Positions 39,738-51,954 of a stretch of 64,000 nt of DNA are shown one piece after another (the stretch's first letter is position 1; every line of letters starts with the position of its first letter). The DNA comes from Octopus sinensis. Taxonomy: Eukaryota. The stretch spans positions 10,974,001-11,038,000 of the forward strand of contig NC_043023.1 in assembly GCF_006345805.1 (NCBI RefSeq), in the 5' to 3' direction. The position numbers were made by a program, and so were the translations under genes. Below the pieces are notes generated by a model, which saw only the letters and a list, made by a program, of their open reading frames with translations, was not told the DNA's origin and did no database searches.

Positions 39738-40266
39738 ATCATCATCATCATCATCATCGTTTAACATCCGTTTTCCACGCTAGCATGGGTTGGACGGTTC
39801 GACCGGGCTCTGGGAAGCCAGGGGTGCTCCAGGCTCCAGTCTGATCTGGCAGAGTTTCTACGGCTGGATGCCCTTCCTAACGCCAACCACTCTGCGAGTG
39901 TAGTGGGTGCTTTTTATGTGCCACCTGCACAGGTGCCAGGGGGGGGGTCCGGCATCGGCCATGATCAGTTGGAGCTTTTAACATGCCAGCGGCACGGAAG
40001 CCAGCCGAGGCGGTGCTGGCAACGGCCATGTTCGGATGCTGCTTTTTATGTGCCACCGGCATAGAAGCCAGTCGGGGCGGCACTGGCATCGGCCACGTTC
40101 AGATGGTGCTTTTTATGTGCCACCAGCACAGAAGCCAGTCGGGGTGGCGCTGGCAACGGCCACGTTCGGATGGTGCTTTTTATGTGCCACCAGCACAGAA
40201 GCCAGTCGAGGCGGCGCTGGCAACGGCCACGTTCGGATGGCGCTTTTTATGTGCCACCGACACAGG
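39738..40266 (-). mobile_element. RTE LINE 3' end with 44-bp TSD
   Basis: (CAT)n tail at 39738; duplication at 39694-39737 / 40267-40310 (42/44 identical). Confidence 0.85.
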
Positions 40267-40543
40267 TATACTGTTTATATATGTGTATACACATTTTTCT
40301 CCTTCACTTCCTTTCTCATTATGTGGTAAATAAGGAATTCTGGTTTAAGAACCCCCATATTACCCCCTCATTACTTTTTTTATGTTTAGGAATTTTCAGA
40401 ATTGTTTTGAAAATTTGCCTTCTATACACGGGAATTCATATGATTATAATAGAATAAAAAAGCAGTTTAACCCCACTCCCATAAATCCTAAAAGTCTACT
40501 CCTTTTCGATATTAAAAAAAAAATCAATGTTTAAATCCATGTT

Positions 40544-42208
40544 GGATGTTTTCGGTTTGAACGGCAGTTTTTTAAAATAATTTCCACGTAACTAAACACT
40601 TTTAAACTTTGTATACTGGTAGAATGTGTTTATAAAATATCTTTTTCTCTTGGCTTTATTGAGAAAATTCTATAGTTTGTAAGATATTTTGGATCTTTTC
40701 GGTTTGAACGGCAGTTTTTAAAAATAATTTCCACGTAACTAAACACTTTTAAACTTTGTATACTGGTAGAATGTGCTTATAAAACATCTTTTTCTCTTGG
40801 CTTTATTGAGAAAATTCTATAGTTTGTTAGATATTTGGGACCTTTTCGGTTTGAAAGGCAGTTTTTAAAAATAATTTCCACGTAACTAAACACTTTTAAA
40901 CTTCTTATACTGGTAGAATGTGTTTATAAAACATCTTTTTCTCTTGGCTTTATTGAGAAAATTCTATAGTTTGTAAGATATTTGTGACCTTTTCGGTTTG
41001 AAAGGCAGTTTTTAAAAATAATTTCCACGTAACTAAATACTTTTAAACTGTGTATACTGGTAGAATGTGTTTATAAAACATCTTTTTCTCTTGGCTTTAT
41101 TGAGAAAATTCTATAGTTTGTTAGATATTTGGGATCTTTTCGGTTTGACCGGCAGTTTTTTAAAATAATTTCCTTGTAACTAAAAAATTTTAAACTTCGT
41201 ATACTGGTAGAATGTGTTTATAAAACATCTTTTTCTCTTGGCTTTATTGAGAAAATTCTATAGTTTGTAAGATATTTCGTCTTTAATTTCTTGCATTTCG
41301 GCAATTTTAACCAATCACTGACCGTCCATTGAGGTGAAAGCATTCTGTGTGTCATCAATATGTCCTTCGTTTAAGAAACAGATTGGGTTTATTTACATTT
41401 GTGATGAAAAAAAGATACCCTTCCCCCACCCCTAACTCTAAATCTAAAATAGAATGAAATGCAATAGATCGATACTAGCATCATAATTATGGGTGACATT
41501 TTCATTTGACACCGCTACAAAAAACTCCCATTTTCCCTAGCGGTGTCGTATGAAATTGTCACCCATAATTGTAACCCTAGTATCAATCTATTGCATTTCA
41601 ATCTGTTTTAGGGTTAGGGGTGGGGGAAGGGTATCTTTTTTCATCACAAATGTAAATAAACCCAATCTGTTTCTTAAACGAGGGACATATTCATACGGCA
41701 CAGAATGTTTTCACCTCAAATAGACATCATTGATTGGTTGAAATTGCAGAAATGGAAGAAAAAAAACAACAAATATCTTACAAACTATAGAATTTTCTCA
41801 ATAAAGCCAAGAGAAAAAGATGTATTATAAACACATTCTACCAGTATACGAAGTTTAAAAGTGTTTAGTTACGTGGAAATTATTTTAAAAAACTGCCGAT
41901 CAAACCGAAAAGATCCCAAATATCTTACAAACCATAGAATTTTCTCAATAAAGCCAAGAGAAAAAGATGTTTTATAAACACATTCTACCAGTATACGAAG
42001 TTTAAAAGTGTTTAGTTACGTGGAAATTATTTTAAAAAACTGCCGATCAAACCGAAAAGATCCCAAATATCTTACAAACTATAGAATTTTCTCAATAAAG
42101 CCAAGAGAAAAAGATGTTTTATAAACACGTTCTACCAGTATATGAAGTTTAAAATTTTTTTGTTACCTAGAAATTATGTTAAAAACTGCCGGTCAAACCG
42201 AAAACGTC
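40544..42208. mobile_element. Foldback composite of Merlin-like MITE (inverted dimer with reiterated ~146-bp ends)
   Basis: 5 forward terminal units, a palindromic core centred near 41530, then 3 reverse units; TSD TCCATGTT / TCAATGTT. Confidence 0.82.
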
Positions 42209-42535
42209 CTCAATGTTTAAAATAGTCTGATATATTTTTTGTCTAAATCTCTGCAATGGACCGACTTTGGCCCCATCATCATTCCATCAAATGTCTTTAT
42301 GGGGAGGATATATAGGGTGGGGGGAACCTCACTTCTGTACATGCCGGTGACAATTGAAGAAGGTAATCAGTTTGGTCAAGAGATGTGCTAAAAAGAACTG
42401 CAAAATCATCATTAAATCATACACGAAAAAGATTTTTTTTCATAATCGTCTGAATTACCGTGTGTAGATCATAAATTCCCCAAATATAAAAAAGTTATGA
42501 AGGGTTATATGCAGTGTTTAAACCAGAATTCCGCT

Positions 42536-42595
42536 CACATCTATCTATCTATCTGTCTGTCTATCGATCTATCTATCTGTCTGTCTGTCTATCGA

Positions 42596-42629
<34 letters not shown>

Positions 42630-42674
42630 GATCTGTCTGTCTGTCTGTCTATAATCTATCTATCTATCTATCTG

Positions 42675-42720
<46 letters not shown>

Positions 42721-42725
42721 GATCG

Positions 42726-42757
<32 letters not shown>

Positions 42758-42935
42758 GCCTGTCTATAATCTATCTATCTATCTATGTATCTATCTGTCT
42801 GTCTATAATCTATCTATCTATTTATGTATCTATCTATCTATCTATCTGTCTATCTATCTATCTATCTGTCTGTCTATAATCTATCTATCTATCTATCTAC
42901 CTATCTATCTATCTGTCCGTCTGTCTGTATGTCTG
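42536..42935. repeat. (TCTA/TCTG)n tetranucleotide microsatellite
   Basis: Direct reading. Confidence 0.95.
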
Positions 42936-43364
42936 CATATATACTGTCTTATATAACGATTTTATTCACACAAATATGCAACCAAAGAATGACAAGGCTG
43001 TTGACTGGGAGAACACAACGGCTTTATCAATTGCATTCTTACCTGGAATCAATTTTTGTAATTTTTTCAAGACTTATACATGCCCTGATACCGTCGGTAT
43101 CTACAAATCAAATTTGAGCGCAATCGGATGGAGGATGTCCAAGGTCTCAGAAAATAAACACACAGACAGACAGAATGGATTTTATATAATAGGTGTTGTT
43201 GTTTGCACCTAGGTCAGCTGTGATAAGGTAAATGACATTCCAGCCATGACCATCTTGTCTCATTTTCTTCAGCAGGCTTGTTACTCATACTTATTGGAAT
43301 TATTAAATTAATTATCATTAATTGAATAAAATTTGTTTCCATCATTTTTCTTTTTCATTTTTAT

Positions 43365-43633
43365 GTTGATTGCCAGCGCCGCCTCGACTGGCTTCTGTGC
43401 CAGTGGCACGTAAAATGCACCAATCCGACCGTGGCCGTTGCCAGCCTCGCCTGGCACCTGTGCGGGTGGCACGTAAAAAGCACCCACTACACTCACAGAG
43501 TGGTTGGCATTAGGAAGGGCATCCAGCCATAGAAACATTGCCAGATCAAGATTGGAGCCTGGTGCAGCCTTCTGGCTTCCCAGATCCCTGGTCAAACCGT
43601 CCAACCCATGCTAGCATGGAGAACGGACGTTAA

Positions 43634-43665
<32 letters not shown>
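43365..43665 (+). mobile_element. RTE LINE 3' end
   Basis: UTR repeat units, the conserved terminal segment and a (GAT)n tail. Confidence 0.85.
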
Positions 43666-43666
<1 letters not shown>

Positions 43667-44094
43667 CATTAAACATGGTGACAAGTCACTAGGCTATTGG
43701 TTTCAACGCAGATGGAGTCCCTGAGTAACATGTCAGTTGATTATTGTTTAAAACTGTTAAGGGTCCCATTATCTGATGTTCTTAGGTCAATTTTGTTTCC
43801 ATATATTTGAGTTCAAAAGCTCTTCACTCCAATCGAGGAACAAAGAATGGTTGTAAAATGAAACATTATGAAAACCCTTTTCCAAGTGGTACTAATTAAC
43901 CTAGCCATGGGCCAATATCTAAGTATCTAAGTACACACACACACACACACACAAGTCAATCTTATTTGTATCGTTACAATAGTAGGTCTTGTTATACAAC
44001 AATCCCCAAATGTTTATTACATTTTGTAGTTTTCGTTTTTATTTTTCCCTACCTGACATTATTCTTTACTCTCTCTCTCTCACTCTTTCAATCA

Positions 44095-44130
44095 TTCTGT
44101 CTATCTATCTCTCTATCTATCTATCTATCT

Positions 44131-44205
<75 letters not shown>

Positions 44206-44647
44206 GTCTGTCTGTCTCTCTGTTTATCTGTTTGTCTGTCTGTCTGTCTATCTATCTTCTTTTTTTTCTTTTTTGTTCTTTTTTTCCCTTTTACGATCCC
44301 TTTTGATCGAAAACCTACGCCACCTTTTTTTTGTTTCTTTTGTTTTTAGTTTTTTGTTTTTTTTCATCCCCCAAAAGAAAAGCTCTACCTTGTAACTTGT
44401 CCCATCTGTGTGCAGCCCTGTGTGGCCAATAAAGAAACTTATCTATCTATCTATCTATCTGTCTATCCATCCATCCATCCATCCATCCATCTGTCTATCT
44501 ATCTGTCTATCTATTTATCTAGCTAATCTATCTATCTATTTGACTGTCTGTCTATCTATCTATTTATCTATCTATCTGCTTGTCTGCCCATCTATCCATC
44601 TATCTATCTACCTATCTATCTATCTATCTGCTTGTCTGTCTGTCTAC

Positions 44648-44706
<59 letters not shown>

Positions 44707-44800
44707 ACTATCTATCTATCTAATCTAATCTAATCTAATCTAATCTAATCTAATCTAATCTTTCTATCTGTCTGTCTGTCTGCCTATCTATCAATCTATC
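44095..44800. repeat. (TCTA)n/(TCCA)n/(TCTAA)n microsatellite blocks
   Basis: Direct reading. Confidence 0.9.
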
Positions 44801-45188
44801 CCCTTCCCCCCTCTCTCTTCAAACAATCACTATTATATAGTTTGATTGTTGCTGTTATTTTGATTTTATCCTTGCTTTCTCCCTCTTGAGACCTAAAAAT
44901 CCCAAAGCACTCCATAATCCAATCTGTTCGCAACAGATAACGCATTCATTGCACAACTCAAGTGTTTTGCTTTTGCATTGTTCAGTATAATGAGCATCTC
45001 GAGGACCTGAAGCGTCTAGGGTCCCATTTCTGATCTATGTTGTGTCTTATTGTCAATAAATAAATACATTAGGGACAAGTACACTGATTTGTCCTAGGGT
45101 TGAGGGCCCAAGGAACTACTAAGACACCTCTGAGTGTATCAGTACGGAAAAGTGTATATATATATATATACAATCAATTAATAAATAA

Positions 45189-45223
<35 letters not shown>

Positions 45224-45373
45224 TAATTGTGTACAGTGCTCAGGTGCACTACAACTCATCTAAAGTGTATATATAATCAGGTGAGAAAATTGGATACTAA
45301 TTTAATAGTACATCCATTTAACACCAAGTGGCCCAGTGCACAAAAAAACCGGGATTATGATAATATTTTATAC

Positions 45374-45524
45374 ATAAATATAAGAGAGTGGTCAATATGT
45401 GGCTCACTCTGGCACTAGAAATAGATCCAATAGGTTTCAGCCACAAAATAAATTTATTTTGTGGCTGAAACCTATTGGATCTATTTCTAGTGCCAGAGTG
45501 AGCCACATATTGACCACTCTCTTA

Positions 45525-45531
<7 letters not shown>
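45374..45531. repeat. Perfect 158-bp spacerless palindrome
   Basis: Centre AAAATAAA|TTTATTTT at 45452/45453; the 79-bp arms are exact reverse complements. Confidence 0.92.
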
Positions 45532-45584
<53 letters not shown>

Positions 45585-45585
<1 letters not shown>

Positions 45586-45791
45586 TCTTTTTACTCTTTT
45601 ACTTGTTTCAGTAATTTGACTGCGGCCATGCTGGAGCACCGCCTTTAATCGAGCAACTCAACCCCAGGGACTTATTCTTTTGTAAGCCCAGTACTTATTC
45701 TATCGGTCTCTTTTGCCGAACCGCTAAATAATGGGGTCATAAACACACCAGCATCGGTTGTCAAGCAATGCTAGGTGGACAAACACACACA

Positions 45792-45845
<54 letters not shown>

Positions 45846-45852
45846 TATATAT

Positions 45853-45937
<85 letters not shown>

Positions 45938-46110
45938 TATATACATATATACGACAGGCTTCTTTCAGTTTCCGTCTACCAAATCCACTCAAGGCTTTGG
46001 TTGGCCTGAGGCTATAGTAGAAGACACTAGCCCAAGGTGCCACACAGTGGGACTGAACCCAGAACCATGTGGTTGGTAAACAAGCTACTTACCACACAGC
46101 CACTCCTGCG
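45585..46110 (-). mobile_element. SINE family A with expanded internal microsatellite
   Basis: Matches 12415-12820. Confidence 0.85.
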
Positions 46111-46522
46111 CCTCTATATATATCTTTTATCTTTTACTTGTTTAAATCATTTGACTGGAGCACTGCCTTTTTTAGTCGAAAAAGAAATCATCTGCAAGAT
46201 TTATTTTTGTGAGCCTGGTACTTATGTTTCTGTGGCCGAACTGATAAGTTATGGGGATGTAAATATATCAACACCGGGTATCATGCGGTTGTGGGGAGAC
46301 AAACACACACACACTTCTTTTCAATCTCTGGCTACCAAATAAACTCACAAGACTTTGGTTGGGTGGAGGCTATAGTAGAAAACACTAGCACAAGGTGCCA
46401 TGCAGTGGGACTGAACCTGGAACTATGTGGTTAGGATGCAATCTTCTTACCAGTCTACCACGTCTACACCTACAATATATGTATATAAGTGTTTGTGTTT
46501 AATTTTTATTCCCATCATCACG

Positions 46523-46556
<34 letters not shown>

Positions 46557-46572
46557 AATGAATATATATATC

Positions 46573-46636
<64 letters not shown>

Positions 46637-47000
46637 GTGAATGGAAGAAATGGAGTTGAACGAAGATTGTACAGAATTCCTTTTATTACATTCTACACAT
46701 GTTTCAAAGGCCACAATTTTCCAAATTCTGATTAAATAAGGGTACCATATTGCAGCTTTCTCTTCAGGAAAAACCAGGAATTACGGCCTTTGAAACATGT
46801 GTAGAATGTAATAAAAGGAATTCTGTACAATCTTCGTTCAACTCCATTTCTTCCATTCACCAATTATATTGAACTTCAATTATCCACACCAACGCACGGT
46901 TGCAACACCAAATGGTCTTATTTCCAACCGTGCTTTTTTCTGCTGTGATTTTTGCTACCAAGGTATCGGTTAAACTTTTGAATAATCTGTAACAAGAAAA
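46637..47000. mobile_element. Penelope-like terminal repeat with a perfect 76-bp inversion
   Basis: 46637-46712 is the exact reverse complement of 46785-46860; downstream sequence is homologous to 16600-16740. Confidence 0.65.
46690..46772 (-). ncRNA. Type I hammerhead ribozyme candidate
   Basis: TTTC-CTGAAGA-stem II (GAAAGCTGCAAT/ATTGTGGCCTTT)-GAAAC-ATGT-GTA-GAAT; stem I is weak. Confidence 0.6.
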
Positions 47001-47004
47001 TTCA

Positions 47005-47043
<39 letters not shown>

Positions 47044-47269
47044 GAGTGTAGAAATTCGGGGTGAGTACTTGATAATTATAAGCACCTGTGTATACCGTTT
47101 GGTGGTGTAGGTGGTGGAGTAAATTGATCAAAATAAAAATAAAAATAAAAACATGAGGCGAAGGATTCAGCGGTACATATGTTTCGGCAGCAGCATCGAA
47201 TTGAATCGTCCATCTCTTTCTTCTCTCAATGTAGAAATATATATATATATATATATATATACTCTTTCT

Positions 47270-47473
47270 CTCTCTCTTTACTCTTTTACTTGTTTCAGCC
47301 ATTTGACTGTGGCCATGCTGGAGCACCGCCTTTAGTCGAGCAAATCGACCCCGAGACTTATTCTTTGTAAGCCCAGTACTTATTCTATTGGTCTGTTTTG
47401 CCGAACCGCTAAGTGACGGGGACGTAAACACACCACCATCGGTTGTCAAGCAATGCTAGGGGGACAAACACAA

Positions 47474-47504
<31 letters not shown>

Positions 47505-47620
47505 CATATATATATGACAGGCTTCCTTCAGTTTCCGTCTATCAAATCCACTCACAAGGCATTGGTTGGCCCAGGGCTATAGTAGAAGACACTTGCCCAA
47601 GATGCCACGCAGCCACTCCT
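47270..47620 (-). mobile_element. SINE family A
   Basis: Matches 12415-12820. Confidence 0.8.
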
Positions 47621-47807
47621 ATATATATATATATATATACACATACATACACACACACAGATATATATATATATAAATGAAAAAAGATATATATATATAC
47701 ATACACATACACACACACATACACACATATATATATAAATGAAAAAAAAAAATATATATATATATACTTACACACACACCCGTGCACATATATATATATC
47801 TTTTTTC

Positions 47808-47843
<36 letters not shown>

Positions 47844-48454
47844 GAAAAAATATATATATATATGTGTGTGTGTGTGTATGTGTATGTATGTATGCATATA
47901 TATATATATATATGCATACATACATACACATACACACACATATATATATTTTTTCATTTATATATATATATATACATACACACACACACACACATATATA
48001 CATATGCATACACCCACACACACACACACACACATTTGCTGAGTGATGGAACAAAAATAGTAGTGATGTTGGAGATGGCATATCCACAAAAGAAAAGTGA
48101 GTGTAGAAATGAATAGGAGATGGGGGGGGTGATGGTGAAGGAATCTCTTATCCATACAGAGTGTATAATTGTTAGTCGATTTACAATCGTTAAATTATAT
48201 ACACACGACAACATATCCACACATGGGAAGGCACTACAGCATACATGCACTTATATCTAAACAAAGCCACACATACACATATACGTGAGGAGGTAATGCC
48301 CACTTCTTCCTGCTATGTTATAAATACCACGACAGTTGCGAGAGTGTCGCATTCTATTCGTCTTTCAACGAACTGATCTCACGCGACAGAAAGACTTACG
48401 GCCGAACATTCAAACCAAGTCACTGAATCGGGTAAATATTGCGATAATTATTTT

Positions 48455-48865
48455 CTTTAACTCTTTTACTTGTTTCAGTCATTTGACTGCGGCCATGCTG
48501 GAACACCGCCTTTAGTCGAGCAAATCGACCCCGGGACTTATTCTTTGTTAGCCCAGTACTTATTCTATCGGTCTCTTTTGCCGAACCGCTAAGTGACGGG
48601 GACGTAAACACACCAGCATCGGTTGTCAAGCAATGCTGGGGGGACAAACACAGACACACAAATACACACACATACACACATGTACATATATATACATATA
48701 TACGACAGGCTTCTTTCAGTTTCCGTCTACCAAATCCACTCACAAGGCATTGTTCGGCCCGGGGCTATAGCAGAAGACACTTGCCCAAGATGCCACACAG
48801 TGGGACTGAACCCGGAACAATGTGGTTGGTTAGCAAGCTACTTACCACACAGCCACTCCTGCGCC
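48455..48865 (-). mobile_element. SINE family A, full length
   Basis: Matches 12415-12820. Confidence 0.85.
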
Positions 48866-49221
48866 TTAACAAGCATTTTACTAACACATTATTTTTATTA
48901 TTATTGCTATTAATGTGATGAGCCGGCAGAATCGTTACTGTGCTAGACAGAACCCTTTGCATGATTTCTTCCAAGTTTACATTCTGAGTTCAAATTCCAC
49001 CGAGGTTGACTTTGCCTTTCGGGGTCGAAAGGATGAAAGTTGCGTACTAGTGTCGATGTAATCAACTGGGCCCCTCCCCCAAATTTCAGGCCGTGTGCCT
49101 AGAATAGAAAAAATTATTATTATTATTATCATTATTATTATTATTATCATCATTATCATTATTGTTATTATTATTGTTATTATTAGTATTATTATTATTA
49201 TTGTTGTTATTATTATTATTC

Positions 49222-49469
49222 ATTTAGCGTCTGCTTTCCATGCTAGCATGGGTTGGACAGTTCAACTGGGGTCTGGGAAGCCAGAAGGCTGCACCAGGCC
49301 CAGTCTGATCTGGCAATGTTTCTATGGCTGGATGCCCTTCCTAACGCCAACCACTCCGTGAGTGTAGTGGGTGCTTTTTACGCGCCAGAAGTGGCTGGCA
49401 AACAGCCATGGTCGGATGGTGCTTTTTACGTGCCACCGGCATGGGGGCCAGGCGAGGCTGGCAACAGCC
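49222..49469 (-). mobile_element. RTE LINE 3' end abutting the tRNA terminator
   Basis: Reverse complement of the conserved RTE terminal segment. Confidence 0.8.
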
Positions 49470-49479
49470 AAAAAAAATC

Positions 49480-49573
49480 TGCCCCGGGTGAGGATCGAAC
49501 CCACGACCTTCAGATGGCTCAACGATAACTTTAGATTATGAGACTGACGCGCTGCCTACTGCGCTACCGAGGC
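49480..49573 (-). tRNA. tRNA-Met-CAT: Elongator tRNA-Met(CAT) with a 21-nt intron (49516-49536)
   Basis: Mature sequence GCCTCGG TA GCGC AGTAGGCA GCGC G TCAGT CTCATAA TCTGA AGGTC GTGGG TTCGATC CTCAC CCGGGGC A folds into a complete cloverleaf. Intron lies after position 37. T8 Pol III terminator at 49470-49477. Confidence 0.93.
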
Positions 49574-49576
49574 CTG

Positions 49577-49616
<40 letters not shown>

Positions 49617-49617
<1 letters not shown>

Positions 49618-50020
49618 TATGTTAGACTTTTGCTTTATATTTGTACAAGTTGGCTCCAAGTCTCACCCAGAGACCTCAAGAGACAACAGGTTGGAAGTTC
49701 ATGTTGTTGTTATGCCTGGTTTGCTATATATTTGGTTTCGTATTTAGTGTTGTACTAGTGAATGTCAAAAAAGAAAGAAAAAAAAACGAAAAGTATGTTT
49801 GTTTTAAAACTTGAGATTACATAGAAAGTATTTTGCGTAGGATATGAACAGTTCCCATGAGCACTATCTTTTGAATTTCTGCCATTTTTGGGTTTCCTGG
49901 TATCTGAGTTAGGTAGCGATCAGCCCCTTTTGCTATCATTCCCAGGGCACCTATGACAACAGGTATTGTTTTAGTCTTCAGGTTCCACATTTTACTGATT
50001 TCTATTTCAAGATCTTTATA

Positions 50021-50023
<3 letters not shown>
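49617..50023 (-). mobile_element. 3' fragment of a Dong/R4-like LINE (restriction-like endonuclease C-terminus) inside (TAA)n
   Basis: 50023-49817 translates KYKDLEIEISKMWNLKTKTIPVVIGALGMI...IQKIVLMGTVHILRKILSM*; (TAA)n tracts on both sides. Confidence 0.8.
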
Positions 50024-50059
<36 letters not shown>

Positions 50060-50060
50060 C

Positions 50061-50403
50061 AGTGAAGGCGCGTGGCTCAGTGATTAGAGCATCGAGCTTA
50101 CGATCGTGAGGTTGTGAGCTCCAATCCCGGATCGGGTTGCGTGTTGTGTTCTTGAGCAAGACACTTTATTTCACGTTGCTCCAGTTCACTCAGCTGTAGA
50201 AATGAGTTGCGACGTCACAGGTGCCAAGCTGTATCGGCCTTTGTCTTTCCCTTGGATAACACTGGTGGCGTGGAGAGGGGAGGCTGGTATGCATGGGCGA
50301 CTGCTGGTCTTCCATAAAACAACCTTGCCCAGACTTGTGCCTCAGAGGGTAACTCTCTAGGTGCAAACCCATGGTCAGTGTCTGACCGAAGGGGGTCAAC
50401 ACC
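50061..50403 (+). mobile_element. tRNA-derived SINE family E
   Basis: Head GGCGCGTGGCTCAGTGATTAGAGC...CCAATCCCGG followed by TTGAGCAAGACACTT and CACTCAGCTGTAGAAATGAG segments. Confidence 0.7.
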
Positions 50404-50599
50404 TATTATTATCATTATTATTATTACTAAAGGGGCTAGCTGGTAGAATCGTTAGTGCGTAGACGAAATGCTTAGTGGTATTTCGCCCGTCGCTACGTTC
50501 TGAGTTCAAGTCCCTTCGAGGTCGACTTTACCTTTCATTCTTTCGGGGTTGATAAAATAAGTACCAGTTACGCACTGGGGTCGATGTAATCGACTCATC

Positions 50600-51853
50600 G
50601 GATCTTTTCCTTTTGAACGGCAGTTTTCAACACAATTTCTAGTTAACTAATCACTTTTAAACTTCGTATACTGGGTAGAATGTGTCAATTTCATATGACA
50701 CCACTACGGAAAATGGGATTTTTTTCTAGCAGTGTCAAATGAAATTGTCACCCATAATTATAACCCTAGTATCGATCTATTGCATTTCAATCTATTTTAG
50801 GGTTAGGTTTAGAGTTATGGTTAGAGGTGGGGGAAGGGTATCTTTTTTCTTCGCAAATGTAAATAAACCCAATCTGTTTCTTAAATGCGGGACATATTCA
50901 TATGGCACAGAATGTTGTTTACGTCAATGGAGGTCAGCGATTGGTTAAAATTGCCGAAATGCTCAAAATTAAAGTCGAAATATCTTACAAACTATAGAAT
51001 TTTCTCAAGAAAGCCAAGAGAAAAAGATGTTTTATAAACACATTCTACCAGTATACGAAGCTTAAAAGTGTTTAGTTACAAGGAAATTATTTTTAAAAAC
51101 TGCCGTTCAAACCGAAAAGACCCAAATATCTTACAAACTATAGAATTTTCTCAATAAAGTCAAGAGAAAAAGATGTTTTATAAACACATTCTACCAGTAT
51201 ACGAAGTTTAAAAGTGTTTAGTTACATGGAAATTATTTTAAAAAACTGCCGTTCAAACCGAAAAGACCCAAATATCTTACAAACTATAGAGTTTTCTCAA
51301 TAAAGCCAAGAGAAAAAGATATTTTATAAACACATTCTACCAGTATACGAAGTTTAAAAGTGTTTAGTTACGTGGAAATTATTTTTAAAAAACTGCCATT
51401 CAAACCGAAAAGACCCAAATATCTTACAAACTATAGAATTTTCTCAATAAAGCCAAGAAAAAATGATGTTTTATGAACACATTCTACCAGTATACGAAGT
51501 TTAAAAGTGTTTAGTTACATGGAAATTATTTTAAAAAACTGCTGTTCAAACCGAAAAGACCCAAATATCTTACAAACTATACAATTTTCTCAATAAAGCC
51601 AAGAGAAAAAGATATTTTATAAACACATTCTACCAGTATACGAAGTTTAAAAGTGTTTAGTTACGTGGAAATTATTTTAAAAAACTGCCGTTCAAACCGA
51701 AAAGACCCAAATATCTTACAAACTATAGAATTTTCTCAATAAAGCCAAGAGAAAAAGATGTTTTATAAACACATTCTACCAGTATACGAAGTTTAAAAGT
51801 GTTTAGTTAACTAGAAATTGTGTTGAAAACTGCCGGTTAAACGGAAAAGATCC
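50600..51853. mobile_element. Merlin-like MITE with about 6 tandem 145-bp terminal units, 8-bp TSD
   Basis: TSD GACTCATC at 50592-50599 and 51854-51861; each unit ends in the TIR sequence. Confidence 0.85.
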
Positions 51854-51954
51854 GACTCATCCCCTCCACTAAACTTTCTGACCTTGTGGCAAAACTTGAA
51901 AACATTATCTCAAAAATAAACAAATAATGACGATCCCCAAAACGTGTTGTATAT

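Noticed and set aside
40544-41280. CRISPR-like array reading of the 146-bp, 225-bp, 62-bp and MITE arrays
   Set aside because: No unique spacers, the units are transposon-derived, and the context is eukaryotic with no cas genes.
47160-47215. Hammerhead half-site GAAAC-ATAT-GTA on the minus strand
   Set aside because: No CTGANGA or matching stem I upstream; a truncated relic.
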